Positions 29,860-39,573 of a stretch of 64,000 nt of DNA are shown here, piece after piece. A program made the position numbers and the translations under genes. Position 1 is the first letter of the stretch. The number at the start of each line of letters is the position of its first letter. The notes below the pieces were generated by a model that had not been told where the DNA came from, ran no database searches, and saw only the letters and a program-made list of their open reading frames with translations. This stretch comes from a candidate division WOR-3 bacterium. Its GTDB lineage: Bacteria; Hydrothermota; Hydrothermia; LBFQ01; DSFT01. The DNA lies in assembly GCA_025060695.1 (NCBI GenBank), contig JANXBH010000001.1:90730-154729 (forward strand), read 5' to 3'.

Positions 29860-30711
29860 ATGGAAGAAGTAAATATTATTAGTGCCCTTATTGCAGGTTT
29901 CTTGTCATTTCTATCACCTTGTGTATTTCCACTTATCCCTGCATATATTTCGTATATTTCAGGTATTTCCATTAAGGACCTTTCAAATTCAAGAATTTCA
30001 ACAAATACCATAGTAAATCTAATTTCCTTTATCTTCGGATTTTCAATTATATTTATATTATTTGGTGCAAGTGCAACATTTATCGGTCAAGTACTTGCAC
30101 AGAATAAGCTACTAATATCAAAGTTTGCAAGTTTAGTAATTATTGTTTTTGGTTTAAATTTTATTGGAATTTTCAGATATAAAATTCAACTTCAACACAA
30201 AAAACTTATCAAAATTCTATCTTGGATAGTGTTAGCACTATTAATTATAGCTTTTTACGATGTTTTCAAAAACTGGTTATTTCTTCTATTTTCAGTTATT
30301 TTAATTACTCTATTTAATTATTTGAATCTCATTGATTTTGAATTTTTAAACTATGAGAAGAAGCTAAATGTAAATACTACAAGAAGAGGTTTAGTATCTT
30401 CACTCATACTTGGAAGTTCATTTGCATTTGGCTGGACACCCTGCATAGGACCAATTTTAGCAAGTATATTATCACTTGCAGCAATTCAAGAGACTGTATA
30501 TCAAGGTATTATACTTTTATCGTTCTATTCACTTGGACTTGGTATTCCATTTTTCCTTGCAGGCATATTGACTGATGCTTTACTTAGAAGTGTAAAGTTT
30601 ATGAAAAAATTTTTCGGTATAATTGAAGTCATTAGTGGTATTTTACTGATAGTTATTGGTATACTTATATACAACGATGCATTCACAATATTTGCATCAT
30701 TTTCTTCTTAA
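29860..30711 (+). CDS. ccdA: cytochrome c-type biogenesis / thiol-disulfide transporter CcdA (DsbD family)
   Basis: LSFLSPCVFPLIPAYISYISG (first Cys motif) and GWTPCIGPIL (second Cys), with 6-8 TM. Confidence 0.75.
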   Translation: MEEVNIISALIAGFLSFLSPCVFPLIPAYISYISGISIKDLSNSRISTNTIVNLISFIFGFSIIFILFGASATFIGQVLAQNKLLISKFASLVIIVFGLNFIGIFRYKIQLQHKKLIKILSWIVLALLIIAFYDVFKNWLFLLFSVILITLFNYLNLIDFEFLNYEKKLNVNTTRRGLVSSLILGSSFAFGWTPCIGPILASILSLAAIQETVYQGIILLSFYSLGLGIPFFLAGILTDALLRSVKFMKKFFGIIEVISGILLIVIGILIYNDAFTIFASFSS

Positions 30712-32982
30712 TGAGAATAATAATATGGAAAAGACTAAAACCATAAAAGTAAAAATGGAAATTATTAAAGACGAAATTTCTAATTTTGGTTCATATTTAA
30801 AAACTACTACATGACTTCCTTTATCTAATGCAATAGCCATTTGAAGATAGTTAACTATATAAATTTTCTTTTCTTTCCCATTAACGAAAGCTTTCCACTG
30901 CTTATGGTAATTATTGGAAAAGACTAAATATGCAGGATTTTCTAAGTCAACTTTAAGCTTTGCATAATTTTCAGATAAATTCATAACCTCAATATTTCCA
31001 TTTATTTTATCTAAGTTTATTTTCTCAACCGGCTCACTTTCAAAAATAAGCTTTCCTTGATAATTTCTTACATCCGAAATAGGATTATTTGAAACTTTGT
31101 ACGAACTGGCTAAATAAAAAATAGGATAATAATTTGGATTTTCGTAAATTTCGTATATTCCATCATCGTATACCTTTTTATAGTTTCTTACATATTCCTG
31201 GAAAAGTTTTACAATTGGTTCGTCTGATACTTCTGGAAGTTTTTGTGTAATTACAAATCTAATAGATAGAACATCACTTAATTTAGGATTCTTTAGTATT
31301 TCAGTTGTTGTTGCAGGATTTAGCATAAGTCTATTTTCTGCTCCAATAATACTAAATAGTCTGTGAGGTTGAACTCCGTGATGACCACCAATTGTTCTAA
31401 TTTCTTTTAGTGTAAAATAATTGTCATCTGTTCTGTATGCAAATGGAAATACATTAAAATAACCTTTTTGATTTTTTAAAAACATTACCACACTATCACT
31501 TTTGAATATATGCTCTTCGTTATCTACATATCTAATAAAGTTCTTTGAAATTAAATATAGGTCAATACCACTTATAATGCTTAGAAATAAAACTAAGTTC
31601 CTATGGCTTATCCAATTATTTATGTGGGAAAGTATTAGAACTGATGCTAATGTAGAGAATAAAAATGTCATAAATATAGAAAATCTTATTTTGTCAATTT
31701 CATACAAAACTATTTGGGCTTTATCAATAGGATTATTAAATATGCCGTTTATCAAGGATTCAGATGAGAATAACCAGAAAATTAAAAGCGAAATTGGAAT
31801 TAAAAATAGAAGTTTAGTATAAACTCTTGGATTTTCCTTTAAATTTTTTAGTGTAATAGCGGAAATTAAAATTGCGGAAAATACGCAAAGATAAAAAGCC
31901 ATAGAAGGTGCTCTAAATTTTTGATATGCAGGTAGTACAGTCCATATGATTTTATATAAAAATGTAGAACCTCCAAGTGAAATAATTGAAAAGAAAACAA
32001 AAGAAAATATTAGAAAATTTCTTAGTCTGTTTTCTATCTTGTTTAAAAAACTTAAAATAAAGAGTAAAAATACTACTATACCAAAGTATTCGGAATTTAT
32101 TTTAAATGCATTAGGACCCCAATAGAATGAATAGTTAGTATCTTCTAATGAAAAACCACTAAATCCACCAATGAAAGAAGATATAAAATCTTGCCATCCA
32201 AGTGACCAAGTAGTAGCAAACTCATAACTTTCAATTTGTCCTCTTTGAGAATAGTTAATAGTATAATCGTATATAGGTAGGAATTGACCAAAGAAAATTA
32301 GTATAGAAAGAAGCAAACTAAAAATGCCAAGAGAAAAAACCCTTATAAGTTTTTTATTATTTTCTTTAAAAACAAAATAGCTTTCATATAATACATAGAA
32401 AAATGTAAAAAGGACTAAGTAATAAATCATTTGAATATGAGCATTTAGAGAAATTAAGCTTGTAAATAGTGATAAAAGCAAGGCATTTTTAAAGCTTGGA
32501 TTTATGAAGATTTCTCTTAAATATAGAAAGTAAAAGGGAAGAATTGAAACTATTGCAAATTTTCCAAGATGACCACTATATAAATAACCAAAAAATATAC
32601 CACTTAGCATAAAGGATACAGCGGAAAATAGTGCAATAACTTTATCACTCAATATTCTATTTACCAAAATGAACATCCCAATACCTGCAATAATTAAATG
32701 AAAAATTATCCAATAGTTTAAAAAGAACTTTGCAGGCAAAATAATAAGTAATAGAAAAAATGGATAAAAACCAAATTGTAATGTTGGTATTGTAGGCATG
32801 CCATAAAAGATATAAGGATTCCAAAAAGGAAAACTTCCGCTTAGTATTTCTTTTCTTATAAACTCATAGAGATATATGCCATCAGTTATCGCATCGGTCA
32901 TTATAAGTAGATTTCCAAGCAATGCTTTAAAAAGTAAAAATATTGGAATAATAGAAACTATTAGTATTTCTAAATTTTTCAT
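30697..32982 (-). CDS. YfhO-family polytopic membrane protein (putative glycosyltransferase)
   Basis: 761 aa, more than 12 TM. N-terminal EFIRKEILSGSFPFWNPYIFYGMP resembles the conserved YfhO start. Large C-terminal extracytoplasmic domain. Confidence 0.5.
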   Translation of the reverse strand: MKNLEILIVSIIPIFLLFKALLGNLLIMTDAITDGIYLYEFIRKEILSGSFPFWNPYIFYGMPTIPTLQFGFYPFFLLLIILPAKFFLNYWIIFHLIIAGIGMFILVNRILSDKVIALFSAVSFMLSGIFFGYLYSGHLGKFAIVSILPFYFLYLREIFINPSFKNALLLSLFTSLISLNAHIQMIYYLVLFTFFYVLYESYFVFKENNKKLIRVFSLGIFSLLLSILIFFGQFLPIYDYTINYSQRGQIESYEFATTWSLGWQDFISSFIGGFSGFSLEDTNYSFYWGPNAFKINSEYFGIVVFLLFILSFLNKIENRLRNFLIFSFVFFSIISLGGSTFLYKIIWTVLPAYQKFRAPSMAFYLCVFSAILISAITLKNLKENPRVYTKLLFLIPISLLIFWLFSSESLINGIFNNPIDKAQIVLYEIDKIRFSIFMTFLFSTLASVLILSHINNWISHRNLVLFLSIISGIDLYLISKNFIRYVDNEEHIFKSDSVVMFLKNQKGYFNVFPFAYRTDDNYFTLKEIRTIGGHHGVQPHRLFSIIGAENRLMLNPATTTEILKNPKLSDVLSIRFVITQKLPEVSDEPIVKLFQEYVRNYKKVYDDGIYEIYENPNYYPIFYLASSYKVSNNPISDVRNYQGKLIFESEPVEKINLDKINGNIEVMNLSENYAKLKVDLENPAYLVFSNNYHKQWKAFVNGKEKKIYIVNYLQMAIALDKGSHVVVFKYEPKLEISSLIISIFTFMVLVFSILLFSLRRK

Positions 32983-33007
32983 GATTTTGAGAATTTTAAA
33001 GTTTTAG

Positions 33008-33991
33008 CTAACATATAGGCTCGTACAGGTTTTTCTTTACACATTCCTTGAACTTGTTTACCCTTTCCAATCTTAAAACTTTCCTACTTTCAGCTGACTT
33101 AAATCTTTCAATCTCATAGTCCCTCCAAGGATTAAATTGCTTTAATGGCTCAACTGAAACAAAAGTCATATAACTACTTGCAACTTTATATCTTGTTGAA
33201 GTAAGTGGCTCTTCTTTTATTATTTTTACACCAACTTCAATAGAGCGATGACCTACATAGTTTATACCAAGGTAGAAATGCAAGATATCTCCAGTTCTTA
33301 CAGGACAAATAAAGTCAAACTCATCGATTGATGCAGTAAACGACGGGCTTTTCGCATACTGAACACTTAAAATTCCACCAAGCTCATCTAACTTCTCAAA
33401 CAAATAACCTGCAAACATTGTATTAGAATATATAGTTTCATATGGAAAAACAAGTTTTGCAGAATACAAACTATAGGTAGGGACTTTTGATGTATCTAAG
33501 TCATTTATGTCTAATTTTCTATTCTTTATCCTTTCTAATCTATACGCCCTTTTTTTAAGACCCCATTCGTATATTTGTTTTTCTTTTTCATCCTTTGGGA
33601 CAACTTTTATGTCTAGCTTTCTTGGTTTTCCGCTTTCATCCACTGCAACGTATCCAAAATGAGCAAGTGTGACTACTTTTAATTCATTATCCTTTGTTCT
33701 TTTAAATACAGTAACACCTACTTCTAAAGAACTATTAAAAGTTGCCTGCACTCTTGATCTAAAAATAAGTGTATCTCCACTATGTACAGGTTCTATAAAA
33801 TCTACGCTATCCATAGAGCCAATTACAACTGGTCCTTGTGCTACTTTATTTGCAGAAAGAAGACTTGCCTGACTTATAAGATATAACATTTTACCGCCAA
33901 ACATTGTATTTGCAGGATTTATAAAATAAGGAAACACATATTCGTATATTTCTATAACTGTATCAGAAATATTTATTTCCTTCATCTTCAA
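33008..33991 (-). CDS. acyl-CoA thioesterase, tandem hot-dog domains
   Basis: Two repeats of the hot-dog thioesterase pattern (PANTMFGGKMLYLISQAS...GDTLIF and NTMFAGYLFEKLDELG...GDILHF). Confidence 0.65.
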   Translation of the reverse strand: MKMKEINISDTVIEIYEYVFPYFINPANTMFGGKMLYLISQASLLSANKVAQGPVVIGSMDSVDFIEPVHSGDTLIFRSRVQATFNSSLEVGVTVFKRTKDNELKVVTLAHFGYVAVDESGKPRKLDIKVVPKDEKEKQIYEWGLKKRAYRLERIKNRKLDINDLDTSKVPTYSLYSAKLVFPYETIYSNTMFAGYLFEKLDELGGILSVQYAKSPSFTASIDEFDFICPVRTGDILHFYLGINYVGHRSIEVGVKIIKEEPLTSTRYKVASSYMTFVSVEPLKQFNPWRDYEIERFKSAESRKVLRLERVNKFKECVKKNLYEPIC

Positions 33992-34565
33992 ATTTTAAAC
34001 TTAGAAAATCTCTAAGCTTTTTTAATGCAATAGCTCTATGACTAATTTTATTTTTAACTTCCATTTCTATTTCCCCAAATGTTTTTCCAATTGGTTTATA
34101 GTAAAATATTGGGTCATAACCAAAACCTTTATCTCCTCTTATTTGAAAACCAATTTCACCCTCCACCTTTCCCTCAAATACATGGCTTTCACCGTTGTTA
34201 TTTATAAACACAATGACACAATGAAAATACGCACTTCTATTTTCTTTATCTTTCATAAGTTCTAAGATTTTTTCTAAATAGTCTGGATTTCCTTTTTGAA
34301 ACTCAGCTGAATGAACACCGGGAAAACCACCTAACGCCTCTATAAAAATACCAGAATCATCAGATATTACTGGCATTCCTGTTATTTCATGAACTTTCTT
34401 TGCCTTAATTAGTGCATTTTCTAATAGCGTCTTTCCAGTTTCCTCTATTTGAATATCTAAACTTATATCTTCCAAAGACAGAAATTCTATATCCTTAAAG
34501 TCCTTGAAAAAATTTTTAATTTCTTCTATTTTATGTTTATTTCTTGAAGAAATTAGAATTTTCAG
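33963..34565 (-). CDS. rdgB: non-canonical purine NTP pyrophosphatase (RdgB/Ham1 family)
   Basis: GFGYDPIFY C-terminal motif. The in-frame N-terminus (L)KILISSRNKHKIEEIK aligns to the family start MKIVLATGNxGK. The ORF track starts at an internal TTG (34475). The frame is open up to the tRNA-Tyr 3' end with no ATG/GTG/TTG. Start assigned to CTG 34563-34565; ATT 34557-34559 is the alternative. Confidence 0.65.
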   Translation of the reverse strand: MKILISSRNKHKIEEIKNFFKDFKDIEFLSLEDISLDIQIEETGKTLLENALIKAKKVHEITGMPVISDDSGIFIEALGGFPGVHSAEFQKGNPDYLEKILELMKDKENRSAYFHCVIVFINNNGESHVFEGKVEGEIGFQIRGDKGFGYDPIFYYKPIGKTFGEIEMEVKNKISHRAIALKKLRDFLSLKFEDEGNKYF

Positions 34566-34568
34566 TAG

Positions 34569-34653
34569 TGGGCAGGGTAGGATTTGAACCTACGTAGGGC
34601 GTTAGCCCAGCAGGTTTACAGCCTGCCCCCGTTGGCCGCTTGGGTACCTGCCC
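34569..34653 (-). tRNA. tRNA-Tyr (anticodon GTA), long variable arm, CCA not encoded
   Basis: Acceptor GGGCAGG/CCTGCCC. Anticodon stem-loop GCAGG-CTGTAAA-CCTGC. T-arm GTAGGTTCAAATCCTAC. Confidence 0.85.
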
Positions 34654-34657
34654 AAAA

Positions 34658-34730
34658 AGCCAGCGGGCGGACTCGAACCGCCGACCTGCTGATTACAAAT
34701 CAGCCGCTCTACCAACTGAGCTACGCTGGC
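34658..34730 (-). tRNA. tRNA-Thr (anticodon TGT), CCA not encoded
   Basis: GCCAGCGTAGCTCAGTTGGTAGAGC...GCTGA-TTTGTAA-TCAGC...GGCGGTTCGAGTCCGCC-CGCTGGC. It is 4 nt upstream of tRNA-Tyr. Confidence 0.85.
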
Positions 34731-34734
34731 AAGG

Positions 34735-34750
34735 CTTTATAATTTTAAAG
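34735..34750 (+). promoter_or_regulatory. CTTTATAATTTTAAAG element; TATAAT 8 nt upstream of the ATG of the 1381-aa gene
   Basis: GGCTTTATAATTTTAAAGT-ATG at 34752. No Shine-Dalgarno is possible in the 1-nt gap after the element. Confidence 0.45.
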
Positions 34751-34751
34751 T

Positions 34752-37700
34752 ATGCTTACATTACTTTTTAACCTTTCGTTTTATTATAACGAGCAAAATA
34801 TTAAAAAACTTCCCATTCTATTTGAAGAAGGTTATCCACAAATTCCATATGACTATAGACTTATTGAAATTCCTGAAAATGCAAAGAATATAAAAATTAA
34901 AAACACTTACTACCAGAAAAGTTTATACCAGTCCAATGCTATTTTAAAATACAACGACAAGATATACTACTTTGATAGAACAGGAGCGTTAAAGACTATT
35001 GATATTCCAAGAATAAACATAGGAAATAGGTTTCCGAAATCTCCTATTGAAATAAGAAGTATTGGTTATTTCAGAGAAAAGAAATATGTTCTTGTTTTTA
35101 TCTATCCTATCGTTTATGAAAATGGAAATTTGTATTTAAATGAAGTTATTTCCTTTGATATTGAATATGAAGAAGAACAAAGGAACTATAGTATTAGACC
35201 ATTGCCCGATAGCTTGGACTATGCGATATTAACGATAAGTTTGTTAAAAGAGCCTTTCGATTCTATTGCGCACCTTTCAAGAATAAGAGGCTTTAGAACT
35301 GAAGTTTTTTTAGTAGATACTATAAAAGAAAATCCTGAGAAAATAAGAAACTTCATAATTGAGCTTTATAGAACATTTGGTATAAAATATTTACTAATTG
35401 GAGCGGATGCAAGTATAGTTAAGCCTTGGAGATTTCAAGTAAGTTTTTATGATGCCGATCAATCCTTTTTGACAGGTCCTGATGTCCATACGGACTATCC
35501 ATATTCCGCACTTGATGGAAACTATATAAATGGTAAAAAGTGGAAAATGGGAGATAGTGTAATAGACCCGTTTGCAGACATTGGCATAGGTAGATTACCT
35601 GTAATTAATACCTACGAAGTTTTTAACTACTATAGAAAATTAAAGGACTGGACATTTAACTTTCAAGGAAATACCAATAGCTTTGCTTGTCTTGAAAGTG
35701 AAATTGCACTTAACTACTTCGGTAATTATTGCGAACATATTGTATTAGCCTCCAATTTACCAAAAATCACAAGACTTTATGAACCTTTCTTCAATGGTCA
35801 ACTAACTCCTCAAATACTTTTTGACTCACTAAATACAAACAAACCACAATTTTTCTTCTATATAGGACATGCTAATGGTTTTTATATTGCGTCAAGCTAT
35901 GCAAATCCAACCTATTATGTAGGGATACAGGACTTCTATAATGCTTCTTTAAACTATAGTGCTCCATATATTGCGATGTTTGGAGGATGTTGGACAGGAG
36001 ACTTGGAACATACTGCACTCGTAAAGAACATACTTACTATGCCTGAAAGAGGTTCTATATTTTCTATTGGAGCAAGCAAACTTGATAATACAGGTTCTGA
36101 AACTGCAAGAGGTATGAATTTCTTTTACGCATTCAACAGTTATAATGCTAAAACAATAGGAGATGCATATTTGCATATGGTTATGGGATTTGCAGGCTCA
36201 CTATTTGGTGTATATTCTAAATTGAACATGTTCGGAGATCCTACTATTGAACCTTATTTCAATGGGAAAAATTACATTAGTGCAAACCATGACAATTCAT
36301 TTTCAGATTCGCTTATTATAAATACAATACCTAATGCAAGAGTTTTGCTATATGATGGAGAATTATATGTCTATACTAAATCTAACAATTCAGGTAAAGC
36401 AATTTTAAGATATAATAGTAATCAAGCGAAAACACTATTGCTCTCTATTTCAAAACCATCGCATATTCCATATTATACTTATGTAAACTACTATCCTTCA
36501 GAAGTTATATTAGATAGTATTTCACTAAATTCAAATTCTGTAATTCCGGGAAATACGTACGAATTGAAATTCTATCTTTCTAATATTAGTTCAAATAATA
36601 TAAATGTAAACTTTAAGGTAAAATTCAATAATGCTATTCCTGACAGTATAGTTCAAAACTTAGATTTTAGCCCTCAAGAAAGTCAAATTATTAGCTCAAC
36701 AATTACAATCAAACCTGATGCAAAGAACCTTTTAGTATCTATATTTATAAATAACAATCTGATTAAGAGATTCTCCTATATAGTGCAAAAACCTGAAATA
36801 AAGTTAGTTGGAGTAAAATGGGAAAATGATAGTATAGCCTTGGACATTTATAACAAATCAAATATTAATATATATAATATTGAACTGAAGTTCCTGTCCT
36901 CAAATGTAAGCAAAACACTTGATTCTATAAGTGCAAAATCCAATACTTCTTATACTACCAAATTACCAAGAATATCAAATAATCCAAAACTCGTAATATC
37001 TTACGCAGGGAAACAAGATACCTACAATTTAAACTACCAGCTTCCATTAAATCCTCCTCAATTTTACTTATTTCCAAGAAGAGAGGGTATATATATAACT
37101 TTTGATACTTTGGACAATAGCTCAAGGTTCTATAAAATTTACAGAGCAAAGAGTCCAAATGGAGAATATAAATTTATTGATATAACCAATGAACTCTCAA
37201 AACTACATATGGATTATGTAGATAGCTTTGAGTTTTACTATTACAAAATTTCAAGCTTAGATTTTTACTACAACGAAGGGTATATATCTAACTACAAATC
37301 TCAAATAAAGAGTCCAAACTATAGTATATATAGACCTACCTATTTACCACAGCAGGGAGAAGTTCCACCGATAATTGGGAAATTTAATAGTTTAGAACAA
37401 AACAAGCAAGTTTTAGTATTTTCACCGATTTATGCAAGTTTTTATAACCATCAAGGTATTAATTTTAATGACTATCCAAAAGAACTAAAATTTAGGGCAC
37501 TTTCAAGCGCTCTTTCAGACATTGATGGAGATGGAATAAATGAAGCAATAGTTTCAGCACAGAAAGATGGAAAGTCATTTCTACTATTGGTAAAATTAGA
37601 CAAAATTGATACTATATTTATATCAAACTATTGGGGTGATGTTTCAATATATAACAAAGGTTTAGTTATTGCTAACTTTATAGGTGATACACTTCCTGAG

Positions 37701-38897
37701 ATAGCACTTAAAACTTATTACTCTGACGGTAATAACTATAAACAAAGAATTATTATAATCGACCCAAGAACAGAGAGTATAGTAAATGAATTTAAGTATT
37801 TCAAAGGAAACGTATCAGCCAATTGGGATATATGTGCAAGTGATTTTGATTATGATAAGATGTATGAAGTAGTGTTTTTGGACTCAATGGGTTTTCTTCA
37901 TATTAAAAAAACAAACGGACAAAGTATAAATAATTTTCCAATTGATATAAAACCTTATCTTCCATCTTCAAATATTGATAACTTGGGTCAGTTTTCTTGT
38001 GCGATAGATGCCAAGAACAATAAAATAATATTAGGAAGTACGATGTCAGGAACACTTAACATCATTCTCATAAATGTGAATAGTGGAATGGTTGAGATGG
38101 TCCAAAGTATAAATCAATTTATAAATAATAATCCTATTGACAATTTTGCACTATCACTTGGAGACTTAGATAACAATCAAATACCAGAAATTATTCTAAT
38201 TACAAATCACAATTACTATCATTCAAAATACATACTTATTATTAAACAAAATGGTAGTTTACTTACAAAATTTACTGGTCCTGAAAAAGATTGGGTTTGG
38301 TATTCACCTGCAAGCATAGTAGATATATGGAATGACAACAAAATAGAGTTGGTAATTAGTCTTCCAAGAAGAGTATTTATACTAACTTATCAAGATAGTC
38401 TATTTCATAATTTTGGTTCACCTATATTACTTGCGGACGACACACTACCTGAAGGTTATCCATATTATTCACCTATATTTGAGGATATAGATAATAATAA
38501 CAAAGTAGAAATGTTCGTAATGCAGTTATCAAATCCCTTATACTCTTTTGATTTGGGAATAGCTGGGAAAATTCAATGGAATGGAAATAGAGCAAATCCT
38601 TTAAATACAGCGGAATGGGGGAAAAGAGAGTATACCACAGTGGAAGAAAAACTTTCTAACTATGTAAAGTTTAACTCCAAGTTATTCGCAATTGAATATA
38701 ACTTAATTAGAACTGAAAACTATGTGCTTAGAATTTATGATATTTCAGGAAGAGAAGTTTATGAAGACAAAGGAAATATAGAAGGAAAGGGTGTTTTGGA
38801 ACTTAGAAAATTAAAATTAAAGACTGGAATTTACATAGTAGATTTTCATTCGGATAATTATAAATTAAGGACAAAAGCCTTAAATCTTGGTTTATAA
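34752..38897 (+). CDS. large secreted protein: C25-like cysteine peptidase core, FG-GAP-like repeats, T9SS C-terminal sorting domain
   Basis: 1381 aa. Candidate catalytic dyad contexts FFFYIGHANGF and IAMFGGCWTGD. DIDGDGINEAIV-type repeats. C-terminal approximately 80 aa (NYVKFNSK...VLRIYDISGREVYED...GIYIVDF...KLRTKALNLGL) matches the Por/T9SS type-A CTD pattern. Confidence 0.55.
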   Translation: MLTLLFNLSFYYNEQNIKKLPILFEEGYPQIPYDYRLIEIPENAKNIKIKNTYYQKSLYQSNAILKYNDKIYYFDRTGALKTIDIPRINIGNRFPKSPIEIRSIGYFREKKYVLVFIYPIVYENGNLYLNEVISFDIEYEEEQRNYSIRPLPDSLDYAILTISLLKEPFDSIAHLSRIRGFRTEVFLVDTIKENPEKIRNFIIELYRTFGIKYLLIGADASIVKPWRFQVSFYDADQSFLTGPDVHTDYPYSALDGNYINGKKWKMGDSVIDPFADIGIGRLPVINTYEVFNYYRKLKDWTFNFQGNTNSFACLESEIALNYFGNYCEHIVLASNLPKITRLYEPFFNGQLTPQILFDSLNTNKPQFFFYIGHANGFYIASSYANPTYYVGIQDFYNASLNYSAPYIAMFGGCWTGDLEHTALVKNILTMPERGSIFSIGASKLDNTGSETARGMNFFYAFNSYNAKTIGDAYLHMVMGFAGSLFGVYSKLNMFGDPTIEPYFNGKNYISANHDNSFSDSLIINTIPNARVLLYDGELYVYTKSNNSGKAILRYNSNQAKTLLLSISKPSHIPYYTYVNYYPSEVILDSISLNSNSVIPGNTYELKFYLSNISSNNINVNFKVKFNNAIPDSIVQNLDFSPQESQIISSTITIKPDAKNLLVSIFINNNLIKRFSYIVQKPEIKLVGVKWENDSIALDIYNKSNINIYNIELKFLSSNVSKTLDSISAKSNTSYTTKLPRISNNPKLVISYAGKQDTYNLNYQLPLNPPQFYLFPRREGIYITFDTLDNSSRFYKIYRAKSPNGEYKFIDITNELSKLHMDYVDSFEFYYYKISSLDFYYNEGYISNYKSQIKSPNYSIYRPTYLPQQGEVPPIIGKFNSLEQNKQVLVFSPIYASFYNHQGINFNDYPKELKFRALSSALSDIDGDGINEAIVSAQKDGKSFLLLVKLDKIDTIFISNYWGDVSIYNKGLVIANFIGDTLPEIALKTYYSDGNNYKQRIIIIDPRTESIVNEFKYFKGNVSANWDICASDFDYDKMYEVVFLDSMGFLHIKKTNGQSINNFPIDIKPYLPSSNIDNLGQFSCAIDAKNNKIILGSTMSGTLNIILINVNSGMVEMVQSINQFINNNPIDNFALSLGDLDNNQIPEIILITNHNYYHSKYILIIKQNGSLLTKFTGPEKDWVWYSPASIVDIWNDNKIELVISLPRRVFILTYQDSLFHNFGSPILLADDTLPEGYPYYSPIFEDIDNNNKVEMFVMQLSNPLYSFDLGIAGKIQWNGNRANPLNTAEWGKREYTTVEEKLSNYVKFNSKLFAIEYNLIRTENYVLRIYDISGREVYEDKGNIEGKGVLELRKLKLKTGIYIVDFHSDNYKLRTKALNLGL

Positions 38898-38926
38898 ATA
38901 AACATATCCTTTATAATTTCAACACT

Positions 38927-39406
38927 ATGAAACTTTTAGGTTGGTCATTTGTATTAAGTCCTCTGGTAATTGGTGGCATTATGATGCCTTTCGCATGGCT
39001 ATCTTTGGCTAAAAAGACAAACGAGAATATTTACAAATGGGCAGGTATCTTCGGAATAATAACTATTGCTATTGCAATAATCTCGGCTCCTTTTCTATTC
39101 GTTTCACTATATGAATTCTTTACTAATAACTACTCAATCGAAGATCTCGCTAGCACGACGACTTTTCTATCACTTCTGGGTATTGCATCTATAGCAGGAA
39201 TTATCTACTTGGTTTTTACAATAATGTCACTCTTTAAGGTATCCCAAATACATAATGTTCAAAATTTAAAAAATCTCACAATTGCTCTTATTGTATGCCT
39301 TGTTTTAACTTTAATTCCATTCATAGGGTTTCTTGCCTCTATAGCTCTTATAGTAGTGTATGTTTTAATAGGAATTCAGATTCTTAATATTAAAGAAGCA
39401 CAATAG
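38927..39406 (+). CDS. small integral membrane protein (4 TM)
   Basis: 159 aa with four hydrophobic helices. No motif recognised. Confidence 0.35.
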   Translation: MKLLGWSFVLSPLVIGGIMMPFAWLSLAKKTNENIYKWAGIFGIITIAIAIISAPFLFVSLYEFFTNNYSIEDLASTTTFLSLLGIASIAGIIYLVFTIMSLFKVSQIHNVQNLKNLTIALIVCLVLTLIPFIGFLASIALIVVYVLIGIQILNIKEAQ

Positions 39407-39532
39407 CAGAAAAGCTTATTACAAAATTTTCCATATCAAAGTTCTTTGGACATTTTCTAGAGTTTTCTCTATTGTTATTCTACCTGATTTATCTGAATCT
39501 CACAACAGCTGTAATTCTTTTAGAAGTGTAGC

Positions 39533-39573
39533 AAATGCTGAAATATTATACTTTCAAAATATTTGAGCATTTT
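39533..39573. terminator. 14/15-bp inverted repeat (AAATGCTGAAATATT ... AATATTTGAGCATTT) straddling the pyrF stop codon
   Basis: A near-perfect palindrome with a 11-nt loop, followed on the plus strand by TTTTAAT. Possible bidirectional terminator between convergent genes, or a regulatory hairpin. Confidence 0.3.
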
